Assembly (NCBI GenBank): GCA_035650735.1
Contig: DASRGZ010000040.1
Coordinates: forward strand, 1 to 64,000
From: Chthonomonadaceae bacterium
Lineage (GTDB): Bacteria > Armatimonadota > Chthonomonadetes > Chthonomonadales > Chthonomonadaceae
DNA: 64,000 nt
Direction of reading: 5' to 3'
The notes beneath the pieces are model-generated. The model did not search any database. It was not told where the DNA came from and worked only from the letters and a program-made list of their open reading frames with translations. Positions 9,459 through 19,957 of this stretch are shown here, in pieces (position 1 is the first letter of the stretch; each line of letters opens with the position of its first letter). Both the position numbers and the translations under genes were made by a program.

Positions 9459-10040
9459 ATGCCCAAAAGTATGAAAATCGCGGTGGCGGTGTTGATGCCG
9501 CTGGTGGTTATTGTGGGCGCCATGTACGGCCTGGCGAAGATCGGAGTTCTTCCCGTAGGCAGGTTTGCGGAGAAGAACAAGGCGCTGGGCACGGTGCTAA
9601 AGATGGCCGGGCTGTATCGGCCCAGGCCGAGGGCGGTACAGAGCGCCGCCCCTGCGCCCGATCCGCTGGCCGGGGAGAAGAAGGAGTTGGCAGCGCAGCG
9701 CGCCGCTCTGGAGCAGGAGCGTGCCGCCTTGCAAGCGCAGCGTGAGGCGCAACAGCGCCCGCAGCCCGTTGCGCAGACAGCGGAACGTCCGGCCCCACCC
9801 GATCCGAAGAACATCGCGCGGCTGGCTTCTGTGTATGAACAGATGCCGCCCGAAACCGTCACCCGTATCTTTGCCAAGCTCCCCAACGATCAGGTGATCG
9901 CGCTGCTGCACCGCATGGACGAGAAGCAGGTCGGGCAAATACTGGCTCTGTTAGCCCCGGACCGCGCCGCCCGCCTGACCGTGGCATTGGCCCAGCCCGC
10001 GCCCGATTCCACGCCGCGCACCGCCTCGAATACGCCCTGA
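9459..10040 (+). CDS. MotE/FlbB(YlxF)-like flagellar protein (MgtE N-terminal-like domain)
   Basis: N-terminal TM, coiled coil, LA.VYEQM.PE...IF..L...V..LL..M.....IL..L.P.RAA. Confidence 0.7.
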   Translation: MPKSMKIAVAVLMPLVVIVGAMYGLAKIGVLPVGRFAEKNKALGTVLKMAGLYRPRPRAVQSAAPAPDPLAGEKKELAAQRAALEQERAALQAQREAQQRPQPVAQTAERPAPPDPKNIARLASVYEQMPPETVTRIFAKLPNDQVIALLHRMDEKQVGQILALLAPDRAARLTVALAQPAPDSTPRTASNTP

Positions 10041-10049
10041 AAAAAACAG

Positions 10050-10110
10050 AACACGGATAGGACGGATGCCACGGATCCAACGGATTGGCTCTATCCGTGT
10101 CATCCGTGTT
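10050..10110. repeat. Repeat family F (tandem CGGAT units facing ATCCG units)
   Basis: AACACGGAT...ACGGAT...ATCCGTGTCATCCGTGTT; same architecture as the CAGGAT/ATCCTG element at 48283-48432. Confidence 0.65.
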
Positions 10111-10117
10111 AATCTTT

Positions 10118-12064
10118 CTATCTGGCTCTCAGGGCTTCCCCGAGGACGTGACCGCGCGCATCTTTCGGGGTAGGAATGCCCAGCAGATACGCCAGCGTCG
10201 GCGCGATATCGATCTGGCGGATACCTGCAAGGCGCGTCTCCGGCCTGACGCCCGCCCCGCCAAAGAAACAGATGGCCTGCATCTTCACGCCATACGGAAA
10301 ATAGCCGTGCTCGCCGCCGCCGATGGGGGACTCAAGCCAGCGGACGCCACTGGGGAGGAAGGCGCCGGTCGTCGTATAGCCGGGCGCCAGGTCGAAATAG
10401 AGGTCGCCGCCCGCCTCGCCTCCCATGCCTAATCCGACGCACTCCGCAGGGCGAAACACGCGCGTCACGATATGCTGGCCGGTTTCTGGGTCGGTGGCGG
10501 CCAACAGCGCCTCAGTGGCCGCGCGCAATATCCTCTCCCGATCCTCCGGGAGAACGATCCCGCCTTTCCAGTCCGTGCCGTTGACGGCCAGAAAGTAATC
10601 TCCCCAGGGAGGCGCGCAGATCTGCGTGCGCGCCAGGTCGAGGCTGCCGTCCGTGCCGCGCGCCGCCAGCCCCGCCTTTTCCAGCACGGCGTTGGGCGAG
10701 AACTCTTTGCCGGCGCCCCGCATCCCGTGATCGCTGACCAGGCAGACGACCGTATCCCTGCCCATCTGAGTCAGCACATCGCCGAGCCAGTCATCCGCCA
10801 GTTGGTAGACCTGCGCGTAGTAGGGCCACAGCTTCTCCGCCAGCGCCCTATCGTAGCGCGGACTCTGCGGGTCCAGAACGCCCATCCACAGATGCCCGGC
10901 GGCGTCCGTCATGGGAGAGTAGTCTATCAGCAGGTCGGGATTCCAGCGCTTGAGGGCGTAGCGCACGGCGCGCTTTAAGAAGGCGTAGTCCAGCCGGATG
11001 CACTCCAGCAGCCGCCGTTCCGCCGCGCCGTCGCCGCCCTGCCAGAAGGTCTTGCCGAGTTCCCCGCGCTCGTAGGGATCGAAGGGAGCGGAGTGGAAGC
11101 CGCCATAGGCCGCCAGGTACTTCTCAGTCTCCTCCCGCGAGGCCGCGCCGCGCAGCCCGTTGACGCCGCGCTGGTAGAGCGTCATGCCGCTGCCGTCCGG
11201 CGCGAGGGAGAACAGGCGGAAATAGGCGTAGCCAACGAGGGGGCCTTTGGTGACGCGGAACGGCGGGCTGAAGTGATCGGTGTTCTCCGCCGCCTCCGCC
11301 GGCTTGAGCGTGGCCGAGGCCAGAGCGTGATCCGGCTCCTTGCTGCCCTCGCGGATGAGCAGGGTATCCAGGCCGCCGACGGGATCGTTGGGGTCGTCGT
11401 AGGCCAGGACGTAGAAGGTCTGCTCTCCGATGGGAAGGGAAAGCTCCTTCATTGCGCCGTTGTGCGGCGGCGCGGCGGTCCAGCCCTCCGCAGGGCGCAG
11501 GCTCTTTGCATCCCAGACCGCTCCGTCGCCGTCCTCGGTAATCGGCGACTCGAAGCCACTGAAGGAGACGAGGCGATCTGTCGGGACGTTGGCCGCGCGC
11601 AACCCCGCCAGATAGGGGTCGGGCGGATAGGACTGCGTGGCCGACAGCACCGCCACTTTTTTGCCCGCTCTGGCCGCCGTGAAATAGATCGGCTCGGCGC
11701 GCAGCGAGGCCGAACTGAAGCCGGAGCGCCGCTCCAGCAGCGTGTGTTCCGCGCGCGGCAGCACAGGCACCGCGTTGCCGGTAATGCCGTTGACATCGCC
11801 ATACGCGCCCGTCCAGATCGCCGCATGGCCGCAGGCCGTGATGGAAGGATACATCGGGACGGCGTACTCGGCGCGCGCCCCCATCTGCGCCAGGCGGGCT
11901 ACGTTGGGCAGTTGGTTTGCGGCCAGCATTCTATCCACAACCCAGTCCGCCGCGCCGTCCCAGGAGAGGATGATCACGCGCCGGGCCGGGGCCGCGCCCG
12001 CGCTTCCGACCGCCACACACAACAACGCGACGGCCAGCAGCCGCCGCAGCAATCCCTTTAGCAC
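10118..12064 (-). CDS. Secreted alkaline phosphatase-superfamily nucleotide pyrophosphatase/phosphodiesterase
   Basis: Signal peptide; ILSWDG, P.IT..GH..I.TG, D.AGH, VSDHGM, G.HGY, DIAPTL. Confidence 0.85.
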   Translation of the reverse strand: MLKGLLRRLLAVALLCVAVGSAGAAPARRVIILSWDGAADWVVDRMLAANQLPNVARLAQMGARAEYAVPMYPSITACGHAAIWTGAYGDVNGITGNAVPVLPRAEHTLLERRSGFSSASLRAEPIYFTAARAGKKVAVLSATQSYPPDPYLAGLRAANVPTDRLVSFSGFESPITEDGDGAVWDAKSLRPAEGWTAAPPHNGAMKELSLPIGEQTFYVLAYDDPNDPVGGLDTLLIREGSKEPDHALASATLKPAEAAENTDHFSPPFRVTKGPLVGYAYFRLFSLAPDGSGMTLYQRGVNGLRGAASREETEKYLAAYGGFHSAPFDPYERGELGKTFWQGGDGAAERRLLECIRLDYAFLKRAVRYALKRWNPDLLIDYSPMTDAAGHLWMGVLDPQSPRYDRALAEKLWPYYAQVYQLADDWLGDVLTQMGRDTVVCLVSDHGMRGAGKEFSPNAVLEKAGLAARGTDGSLDLARTQICAPPWGDYFLAVNGTDWKGGIVLPEDRERILRAATEALLAATDPETGQHIVTRVFRPAECVGLGMGGEAGGDLYFDLAPGYTTTGAFLPSGVRWLESPIGGGEHGYFPYGVKMQAICFFGGAGVRPETRLAGIRQIDIAPTLAYLLGIPTPKDARGHVLGEALRAR

Positions 12065-12099
12065 ACGTCCGCTCCTTCCTTATAGAGAAACCAATCAGA

Positions 12100-12510
12100 C
12101 TTGGCGCCCATCCGCGTCCGTTAGGATGCCTGGCCGTAGGCCATTCAATGCGTTCCCTAGCCGGGTACGGAAAGAACCCGGCTAGAGGGCGGCTGCGCCG
12201 CCAACCGTCCTACCGGACGGAACCACCGGCCTATCGGCAGGTGGCTGCCTTCGTAGAGCAGGAAGAACCTGCCGCAACGGGGCGTCCGAAGGACGCTTGG
12301 CCGTTAGGCCCTAGAGCCGGGAGGTGAAAACCCCCGTCTAGAGGGCGGCTGCGCCGCCAGCCGACTGCAAGAGACAGCGCTACGCTTGTTCGCGCCTCTG
12401 CCTTGCGACTGCGGACGGAACAACCCGGCTTTGCAGGGTGTCCCTTGCAGTCGCTTGGCCGTTAGGCCCCCTAGCCGGGTACTTTCCGTGCCCGGCTAGG
12501 GAACGCACTG
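12100..12510. repeat. Repeat family E cluster (TTGGCCGTTAGGCC / CCCGGCTAGAGGGCGGCT) with a micro-element at 12364-12409
   Basis: Several tandem/inverted units; related copies at 19844-19945 and 29990-30465. Confidence 0.8.
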
Positions 12511-12570
12511 ACCTTGAATTGGCGTGTCTACCCTGGAAATATCGGGCCGATCAATAGCGAGTTGCGCAGA

Positions 12571-14109
12571 TCAGCCCGCCTGACCGATGATGCGCGCGAC
12601 CTCCGCGAAATCCTCTTTCAGATGGGCGTAGAGCGCCTGGTAGACCTTGTGGAAGCGGCCGTAGGCGGCGTGGTTGACCGTGCAGGGGTCGGTGGCGTCC
12701 TTGACCTGGATGGTGGCGCGGCAGGCTTCGGATACGGAAGAATAGACCCCGGTGCCCACGCCCGCCAGCAGCGCCACGCCCAGCGCCGGCCCCTCATCTA
12801 CGTTGATGGTCACGTGCGTGTGGCCGGTCACGTCCGCCTGTATCTGCCGCCAGACCTTGCTTCGCGCCCCACCGCCGGAGGCCCGCACCTGCCGGATGGG
12901 CAGTTGCATCGCTTTCATGATCTCAAACGAGTCGCGCAGGCCGTAGGCGACGCCCTCCAGGATGGCGCGGGCGACATAGGCGCGGTCGGAACGGCGCGTC
13001 AGGCCGAAGAGCACGCCGCGCGCATTGGGGTCGGGGTAGGGCGCGCGCTCGCCCGTCAGATACGGCAGGAAGATCAGCCCCTCGCTGCCGACCGGAGCCG
13101 TCTCGGCTTCTGCGCAGATAAGCTCATACGGATCGCGGCCCAATGCGCCCGCCACCACTTTCTCCGGCTGGCCGAAGGCGTCCCGATACCACTGTAAGGA
13201 GCCGCCCGCCGAGAGCATCACGCCCATCAAGTGCCACTTGCCTGGCACGGCATGGCAAAAGGTATGCAGGCGCAGTTGCGGGTCCACAATCGGCTCGTCG
13301 CTGAAAGCGAACACGACGCCCGACGTGCCCACCGTCGAAGAGACGATGCCCGTCTCCACGATGCCGTTGCCGACGGCCCCCGCCGCCTGATCGCCGCCCC
13401 CGCCCACGACCGGCGTGCCGGGAGCCAGCCCCGTCGCCGCCGCTGCCTCCTCCGTGATGCGCCCGGAGACCTCCGGCGATTCGTAGGCGGTCGGCATCCA
13501 GTCGCGGGGAACGCCGATGGCCTCCAGCATCTCATCGGCCCAATCTCGCTTGCGCACGTTGAACAGGGCCGTGCCGGAAGCGTCCGAGACCTCGGTGGCG
13601 TACTCCCCGGTCAGGCGCAGGCGGATATAGTCCTTGGGCAGCAGTACCTTACGCACCTGCGCGTAGATCTCCGGCTCGTGGTTGCGCAGCCAGATGATCT
13701 TGCCCGCCGTGAAGCCGGTCAGGACGGGATTGGAGATCAGTTCGACCACCTTCTCCCGCCCGACCGTCTCGGTAATCCAGTCACACTCGGCCTGGGTGCG
13801 CTGGTCGTTCCAGAGCAGGGCGCGGCGCAGCACCGCGTTGTTCTCGTCCAGGAAAACCGAGCCGTGCATCTGCCCGGACAGCCCCACGCCCCTGATCTCG
13901 CGCGGGTCTAGGCGCGACATCTCCAGCACCTTCTGTACCGTGCCGCAGGTCGCCGCCCACCAGTCCGCCGGGTCCTGCTCGCTCCACTGGGGTTTGGGGG
14001 TATAAAGCGGATACTCCTGGATGGCGCGGGCGCGCACGCGGCCTGTCTCGTCTATCAGGATCGTCTTGGTGCCGCTGGTGCCAATGTCAATGCCGATCAG
14101 GTAAGGCAT
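12571..14109 (-). CDS. xylB: Xylulokinase (FGGY carbohydrate kinase)
   Basis: IGIDIGTSG.K, SGQMHG, WND.RT, GGGDQAAGA.G, FLPYL.GER, GGGA.S. Confidence 0.9.
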   Translation of the reverse strand: MPYLIGIDIGTSGTKTILIDETGRVRARAIQEYPLYTPKPQWSEQDPADWWAATCGTVQKVLEMSRLDPREIRGVGLSGQMHGSVFLDENNAVLRRALLWNDQRTQAECDWITETVGREKVVELISNPVLTGFTAGKIIWLRNHEPEIYAQVRKVLLPKDYIRLRLTGEYATEVSDASGTALFNVRKRDWADEMLEAIGVPRDWMPTAYESPEVSGRITEEAAAATGLAPGTPVVGGGGDQAAGAVGNGIVETGIVSSTVGTSGVVFAFSDEPIVDPQLRLHTFCHAVPGKWHLMGVMLSAGGSLQWYRDAFGQPEKVVAGALGRDPYELICAEAETAPVGSEGLIFLPYLTGERAPYPDPNARGVLFGLTRRSDRAYVARAILEGVAYGLRDSFEIMKAMQLPIRQVRASGGGARSKVWRQIQADVTGHTHVTINVDEGPALGVALLAGVGTGVYSSVSEACRATIQVKDATDPCTVNHAAYGRFHKVYQALYAHLKEDFAEVARIIGQAG

Positions 14110-14155
14110 GATCCCTCTCTCCTCATGAAATAAAAATTTAGTTCTGGTGGGAGCC

Positions 14156-14184
14156 ATTATAGGGCGGGCGGGCGGGCCTGTCAA
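14156..14184 (-). promoter_or_regulatory. Consensus sigma-70 promoter for xylB
   Basis: TTGACA-N17-TATAAT on the minus strand. Confidence 0.8.
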
Positions 14185-14252
14185 GGCAGGCTGACCCGTC
14201 GATTTCACGGCGACAGCCTCCCACTATTTTTGCAAGATTTACTCTCTAGGGC

Positions 14253-14310
14253 TTGACAGGTACGAGCGCCAACGTCTATACTGGTTGGAAATCAGTCTAG
14301 ACTCCTAGAC
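14253..14310 (+). promoter_or_regulatory. Sigma-70 promoter of the GntR gene with overlapping GntR-type operator candidates
   Basis: TTGACA-N18-TATACT; GTCTATAC over the -10 box and the GTCTAGAC palindrome at 14295-14302. Confidence 0.6.
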
Positions 14311-14339
14311 AGCTAGGTTACTAAGTGCAGGAATTACCC

Positions 14340-15518
14340 ATGCTGCCAACGACGGCCCGTGTCAACAAAACCGATCCCTTGCCTCGCCACTATCAGGTGC
14401 GACAGATCCTTGTGGAGATGATCGCCTCTGGCCTCTGGCAGCCCGGCGATAAGATACCGGCAGAGACTGATATCGCCAAGTCCCTGGGCGTCAGCAAGAT
14501 GACCGTCAACAAGGCGATCCTGGCGCTGACGGCGGAGGGTGTTTTGTACCGCGAGGTCGGACGCGGGACCTTTATCGCGGAGGCTCCCCATAGGCAGCGC
14601 AACGGCAACTATCTCCCAGACCGGGATGCAGCAGAAGTGGAGCCAAGGCGCGGCAGTGCCTCGCATCTGTTCGAGGTTATCACCATCGCCCCGCCGGAAC
14701 TGGTCTCGGACAACGAGTACATGTGCGCCCTGCTGCTCTCCATGCGCTGCTGCGCCAGCCCGCTGGAAGTCCGGCTGGTGCTGCGACATGTGCGGGGCGC
14801 CGACTATCTGGCGCGTTATCGCGAGAGCAGAGCCGACGGCTGGCTGCTGATCGCGCCGCTGGAGGAGGATGTGCCGGGGCTGCGCGCTCTGGCGGCAGCG
14901 GGAGCGAAGGCCGTCGTCATCGGTGCGGCCTGGAAGGGCGTCGCGTTGCCCTGCGTGGACAGCGATAACATTGGCGGCGCGACCCTGGCCGTGGAGCACC
15001 TGGCGGAACTGGGGCACCGGGATATCGCCCTGCTCTATGCCACCCCGCATTCGATCAACACCCAGGACCGCATACGCGGCTTCCAGCAGGCGATGCAGGC
15101 GCGCGGCCTGCCTCTGCGCACAGACTGGATACTGGATGTGAAGTCCTCGACCCATATTCCGGAGCCGGTACAGCAGCGCCTCCGCGCCTGGCTGCGGAGT
15201 TCCGACCGTCCGACCGCCCTCTTTGCCGCCGGGCCGTTTGTTGCCCGCCACGTGCTCGATATCGCCCAGGAAGTCGGAATTCGCGTGCCCGACGAGCTTT
15301 CTATCGTCGCCTTTGATGATCCGACGGCGGTGGCCGAATCCTCGCCGGTGATGACAACCATTCGCCAGCCCCTCGAAGCGATGGGGCAGGAGGGGATCAC
15401 GTATCTACGCGAGATGCTGCGCGCGCCGGAGGCTGCCGCGCCTCGCCGCCTTATCTTGCCGTGCCGGCTTCTGGTGCGTGAGTCTACCGCGCCGCCTCCC
15501 CGGCAGCGTCGATCCTGA
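14340..15518 (+). CDS. GntR-HTH / LacI-type sugar-binding transcriptional regulator (AraR-like)
   Basis: P.E..IA..LGVS.MTV.KA...L...G.L.R..G.GTF; VDSDN..G...A..HL..LGH; VP.ELSIV.FDD; TTI.QP. Confidence 0.9.
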   Translation: MLPTTARVNKTDPLPRHYQVRQILVEMIASGLWQPGDKIPAETDIAKSLGVSKMTVNKAILALTAEGVLYREVGRGTFIAEAPHRQRNGNYLPDRDAAEVEPRRGSASHLFEVITIAPPELVSDNEYMCALLLSMRCCASPLEVRLVLRHVRGADYLARYRESRADGWLLIAPLEEDVPGLRALAAAGAKAVVIGAAWKGVALPCVDSDNIGGATLAVEHLAELGHRDIALLYATPHSINTQDRIRGFQQAMQARGLPLRTDWILDVKSSTHIPEPVQQRLRAWLRSSDRPTALFAAGPFVARHVLDIAQEVGIRVPDELSIVAFDDPTAVAESSPVMTTIRQPLEAMGQEGITYLREMLRAPEAAAPRRLILPCRLLVRESTAPPPRQRRS

Positions 15519-15576
15519 GTTGTCCATTCGCCTCTCTCCTTATGGGAGGAAGGCTTGATGCCTGGCAGCGCCGATC

Positions 15577-16881
15577 ATGAGTCGTTCGTCCAAACCATCG
15601 GGTTCGCGCGGGAATGGCGGGCCGGCTGCGGCGGCCCCGCATCCGTCTGCGGCGCGCGTGCATCAGCGTAAATCGGCTTCCGCCGTGAGACGTCTGCCCT
15701 CACGCTTGCTGCTGGCGCTGGCGGGGCTGCTGATTCTGGCTGCCATCGCGGTCGCCATCTGGGAAAGCGACTGGATGCTGGAGCGGCAGGCGGCCCACGC
15801 CAACCGCGAGCAGATCCGGGCCTTAGCCGCCCAGATGCCCGGCAGCGCCATTGTCCAGTACTACTACGCGCGCCGGCTGGCCGAGGAGGGACGCACCCAG
15901 GAGGCCATCGAGGTGCTCCAACGCGCCTATGCCGATGATCCCAACTCCGCCCGCGTCGCCGCGCTGCTGGGCGATCAACTGACGCGGCAGGCACGGTTTG
16001 AGGAGGCGGGCGCGCTGCTCCAGGACTTTGTGCGCCGCCACCCGCGCGAGGCCGAAGGCCATTACGCGCTGGGCATCTATGACTTTCGCGTATTCGCGCG
16101 CCCACAGGCGGCGGCGGAGTTGAAGGAGGCGCTGCGCCTGGCGCCCGACGATGTGCGGGCCTGGCGGGCGCTCGGCGAGGCGCAGGCGGCGCTGGGCCAG
16201 TACGCGGACGCGGCGAAAGCCTATGGCGAGGCGCTGGCGCGTGCCCCCGGCGATGCCGATACGCTGCTGCGGCGCGGCAACGCCTATCTGCTCGGCCACA
16301 ATTTGGACGCTGCCGAAGCCGATCTGCGCGCCGCATCGAAGGCGGCTCCGAGTCGGCTCGATATACGCTTTGCCCTGGCCGACCTGCTGGCCCGCTACCG
16401 CGCTACATCCCAGGCGCAGCAGGAAGCCGAACAGATTTTCCAGCAATTGCTGGCGGCGAACGCGCCCATTCCCGAGGCCCAGCGCGAGTTGGGACGGCTC
16501 TATAGCGCCCAGAAACGCTGGCGTGAGGCCGAAACGGAGCTGCGCGCCTATACCGACCGCAAGCCCGAGGATGCGGAAGGGCTGTATCTCTACGCGGCGG
16601 CCCTGCGCGCCCAGCACAAGCCGGACGGCGCGGCGCAGGCCCGGTTCCGAGCCGCCAAAGCGGCAGAAGAGACACGCCGCAACCTGCTGCTGCGCGTCCA
16701 GAGCGAGCCGCATAACCTACAGGCCCGGCTGGAGCAGGCCCGTTTTCTGGAAAAGCACGGCGAAGTTGCCTTCGCCATCCTGGCTTACGAGCGCGTGTTA
16801 CATCTGGACCCCGGTAACAAGGAAGCGCAGCAGGCGCTGGCCAGGTTGCGACCGCGTTTGCAAGGAGGTGGTTCACGCTAA
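15577..16881 (+). CDS. Membrane-anchored TPR protein
   Basis: N-terminal TM followed by multiple TPR-like repeats. Confidence 0.85.
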   Translation: MSRSSKPSGSRGNGGPAAAAPHPSAARVHQRKSASAVRRLPSRLLLALAGLLILAAIAVAIWESDWMLERQAAHANREQIRALAAQMPGSAIVQYYYARRLAEEGRTQEAIEVLQRAYADDPNSARVAALLGDQLTRQARFEEAGALLQDFVRRHPREAEGHYALGIYDFRVFARPQAAAELKEALRLAPDDVRAWRALGEAQAALGQYADAAKAYGEALARAPGDADTLLRRGNAYLLGHNLDAAEADLRAASKAAPSRLDIRFALADLLARYRATSQAQQEAEQIFQQLLAANAPIPEAQRELGRLYSAQKRWREAETELRAYTDRKPEDAEGLYLYAAALRAQHKPDGAAQARFRAAKAAEETRRNLLLRVQSEPHNLQARLEQARFLEKHGEVAFAILAYERVLHLDPGNKEAQQALARLRPRLQGGGSR

Positions 16882-16978
16882 ACCCTGGGAGCAATCATTT
16901 CTCTCTGGATTCTCGTTACGCACGTTTTGTGGGTGGACTTCGTCAGAATTGATTAAGAAGCGCAAAAGGAGTGTGTTT

Positions 16979-17764
16979 ATGTATCGCAGCAAGAGTGGAT
17001 TTACCCTGATAGAGTTGCTCGTCGTGATCGCCATTATTGCGATCCTGGCGGCAATTCTGTTCCCAGTGTTCGCGCAGGCGCGCGAGCGCGCCCGCGCGGT
17101 AAGCTGCTTGTCCAACACCAAGCAGTTAGGCCTGGCGGAGATGATGTATGCCCAGGACTATGACGAGACCTACTGGAGCAATCCCTGGCCGGGTGGCGGC
17201 ATCTCGCCGGGCAACTGCGAGGCGCCCGCCTGCGCCGGAACCACGTTCTGGTCTGACCTGCTGATGCCCTACATCAAGAACACCGGCATCTTCGACTGTC
17301 CGAGCAACTCCGATACGCTCTTCGATACCGCCAACTATGTCCCGCCGGCCGTCCCGCAGGGCAGCAAGAACTACTACCGCGTGGAATACGGCTTTGGCGA
17401 GGTAGGGCCGCACGGCGATAAGTTCGTCGGGCCCTGGACGATGTCCAAGCTGCAAGAGCCGGCCAAGATCGCTCTGCTGGGCGACGCCATCTTCGCCTGG
17501 AACTTCCTCAACTGCCAGCCCGACCCCGATAAATCTAGTAATGCGCCCGACCAGCGCGGCAGCTACTACTTCACGCGCGGCATCCTGGATTGGGATTTTT
17601 ATGGCAAACCGCGCCACTTTGACGGCATCAACTTCGTCTATGCCGATGGGCATTCGAAGTACGGCAAAGCCTCGAAGGCGAGTGGAAGCGGCCTGCCGAA
17701 CTACCTGGCAGGTTACTATCCCACCGCACGCCTTGAGGATGATAACTGCCAGCCGCCTCAATAA
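16979..17764 (+). CDS. DUF1559 prepilin-type N-terminal cleavage/methylation protein with H-X9-DG motif
   Basis: [61 protein letters not shown]. Confidence 0.93.
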   Translation: MYRSKSGFTLIELLVVIAIIAILAAILFPVFAQARERARAVSCLSNTKQLGLAEMMYAQDYDETYWSNPWPGGGISPGNCEAPACAGTTFWSDLLMPYIKNTGIFDCPSNSDTLFDTANYVPPAVPQGSKNYYRVEYGFGEVGPHGDKFVGPWTMSKLQEPAKIALLGDAIFAWNFLNCQPDPDKSSNAPDQRGSYYFTRGILDWDFYGKPRHFDGINFVYADGHSKYGKASKASGSGLPNYLAGYYPTARLEDDNCQPPQ

Positions 17765-17892
17765 ACCGGTCTGGCTCAAAAATCAGGTAGACACTCCCAG
17801 CCGTGTGGATCAATCTCACGCAGCCTGCTGCTGAGGAGATACGTCAACACCGTTGGGAGCGATTACCCAAAATCAGGTCATCCCTCCCATTT

Positions 17893-18102
17893 GGCTGTGC
17901 CCGGCCCTAAAGGACCGGGCTGCGGACGGCAAGCCCGCTCAAGCGGGCTAAGAGAGGTGGATTAGTCCCCTTCAGGGGCTACCAGGAGGGAGAGCCCCCT
18001 TCAGGGGGCTTGCCCACTGCAAGGGTCGGCCCTGCAATGGTTCGGCCCTCCGCCTTGCGACACAGTCCACCCCTTTAGGGGTGGCTGCCACCAATTACCG
18101 TA
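17893..18102. repeat. Repeat family A copy carrying a 46-nt micro-element (18016-18061)
   Basis: Aligns end to end with 2431-2600 apart from the insertion. Confidence 0.8.
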
Positions 18103-18172
18103 GACACTCTCAGGGAGCGCACGCCTTTAGAGAGGGAGTCACATGGGCGAGGGTATATACCCAAACTACATC

Positions 18173-18238
18173 AAGCCTGAGTCCTCCCGCATCCTATGCT
18201 GGGGGGTTAAAACCTCCCATCTCGGAGGACTCAGGCTT
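18173..18238. repeat. Long hairpin
   Basis: AAGCCTGAGTCCTCC / GGAGGACTCAGGCTT 15-bp stem. Confidence 0.6.
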
Positions 18239-18252
18239 TAGGAGTAGAGAAA

Positions 18253-18516
18253 ATGGGAAGCGATAGGCAGATCAGTCCGGCAACGGCAGGCATTGTCATT
18301 GCCATCGTCTTGATCCTTGCGGTGCTGGTCGGCTTCTGGTATATGAACAGCAGGCCCAAAGATACCATCGCAGAACAGGTGTTGAAAGAGCGCGGCGGCA
18401 ATCCCAATGCCGTGAACGCGGCGAATGCGCCGCTGCAAGGGACGCCGCCTAAGCCGGGAGCCTCCGACTATGCCCGTCCTGCTGGAGCGCCTGCGCCCCC
18501 GCGGCCTACGCGCTAG
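18253..18516 (+). CDS. Small single-TM protein with Pro-rich tail
   Basis: AGGAG RBS; ISP...IVIAIVLILAVLVGFWY TM segment. Confidence 0.75.
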   Translation: MGSDRQISPATAGIVIAIVLILAVLVGFWYMNSRPKDTIAEQVLKERGGNPNAVNAANAPLQGTPPKPGASDYARPAGAPAPPRPTR

Positions 18517-18528
18517 CCGCGATACCCC

Positions 18529-19851
18529 ATGCATTCAAAAGCGAGGCGACCCGGTTTGCGCTGGCGCCTCCGCTGCGAGGCATCTGCGCCTTGCCGGGCC
18601 GGTGCTGTGCACGTTCTGAGGGCATTAGCGCACCACCGGACTTTCCGGGAGTATCGGCGTTGTGCCGTCGTGATGCTCTGTTTACTGTCAGGCTGTGGGC
18701 GTTCCCCGCAGCCGCCCACCACGACGCCGATCTCCTCTCCACCGGCCTCTCTTCCGGTCACCTCTACGCCCGCCGCCTCTGCCGCGGCTTCGGCCCTCCC
18801 GCATCCTCGCCCCACATCGCCTGCCGACGCATCCTATGCCCGCGCGCTGGAGGCCGCGCAGCAGGGACAACTGCCCCGCGCGCTCCAGCTTCTGGAGGAG
18901 AACACGCGCCGCTATCCGCGCCACGTCGCCTTCTGGCAGTTGCTCGCCGACGTCGCTCACGATACCGGTCAGAGTGATCGCGAACTGGAAACCTGCCGCC
19001 AGTTGAGCCGCTTACAGCCCCGTAACGTCGAAAACCTTATCCGGCTGGGCAACCTCTACCTTCAATTGGAATGGTATCAGCAAGCGGAGCCGCTGTTCCG
19101 CCGCGCCCTGCAACTGGCCCCCGACGATATCCAGGCGATCATCGGGCAGGTGAGCTACTGGTACGTGGTCAACACGCCGCGCAAATCGGTCGATCTGCTC
19201 CGACGAGCAATCACGCGCTACCCGACCAACGACCAGTTGTACCACGCGCTGGCCGAAAACTATCGCCGTCTGGGGGATTTTGCTCACGCGGAAGACGCCG
19301 CCCGGCAGGGACTGCGCATCAACCCCGGCAACGCGCGGCTCTACAAGGAGTTGGCGCAAGTCCTGATCTCCTCTCAGAATGTCAAGCGCCTGCCCGAAGC
19401 GGAACAGGCGCTGCGCCGTACCTTGCAGGTCCAGCCGGACGATTTTGACAGCCTCTATCTGCTGGCGACCGTCGTTGAAGACCAGGGGCGTGCCGCCGAG
19501 GCGCAGCAGCTCTACGAGTCGGTCGCGCGTGTTCCCTCGGAGACCAACCCTGCCCTCTACCGCCTGGGCCGCCTCTATCTGAAACAGGGGCGCCGGGCGG
19601 ACGGCCAGGCGCTCATCGCCCGTTATGAGCAGGCGACACATCGGCGGGATGCGGCAGATGACATTCGCAAGCGCCTCTGGAAAGGCGGCACTGCCGCCGA
19701 CCACCTAGCGATGGCCCGCTACTACCAGCAGCAGGGAGACCTGTCCCGCGCCCGCATCGAAGCGCAGCGCGCGCTGGAACTCGATCCCCGGGAGGCGGAG
19801 GCGCGACGACTGTTGCAGGCGTTGCGTACGCAACGCAAAACCGGGCACTGA
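18529..19851 (+). CDS. TPR-containing putative lipoprotein (true start probably downstream of 18529)
   Basis: LLSGC lipobox, Pro/Ser/Thr linker, TPR repeats. Confidence 0.75.
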   Translation: MHSKARRPGLRWRLRCEASAPCRAGAVHVLRALAHHRTFREYRRCAVVMLCLLSGCGRSPQPPTTTPISSPPASLPVTSTPAASAAASALPHPRPTSPADASYARALEAAQQGQLPRALQLLEENTRRYPRHVAFWQLLADVAHDTGQSDRELETCRQLSRLQPRNVENLIRLGNLYLQLEWYQQAEPLFRRALQLAPDDIQAIIGQVSYWYVVNTPRKSVDLLRRAITRYPTNDQLYHALAENYRRLGDFAHAEDAARQGLRINPGNARLYKELAQVLISSQNVKRLPEAEQALRRTLQVQPDDFDSLYLLATVVEDQGRAAEAQQLYESVARVPSETNPALYRLGRLYLKQGRRADGQALIARYEQATHRRDAADDIRKRLWKGGTAADHLAMARYYQQQGDLSRARIEAQRALELDPREAEARRLLQALRTQRKTGH

Positions 19852-19957
19852 AAGTACCCGACTGTAGGGCGGCTACGCCGCCAACCGTCCTTCGGACGCC
19901 CACTGCCTTTAAGCTTTGCCGTTCGGTAGGACGGTTGGCCGTCGGCTCAGACTGACG

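Noticed and set aside
16151..16978. N-terminal extension of the 537-aa ORF
   Set aside because: It overlaps the TPR gene in another frame; the DUF1559 gene has an RBS and prepilin leader at 16979.
17777..18113. Short matches (AAAATCAGGT; GTAGACACTC) around the family A copy
   Set aside because: Too short and irregularly placed to call a target duplication.
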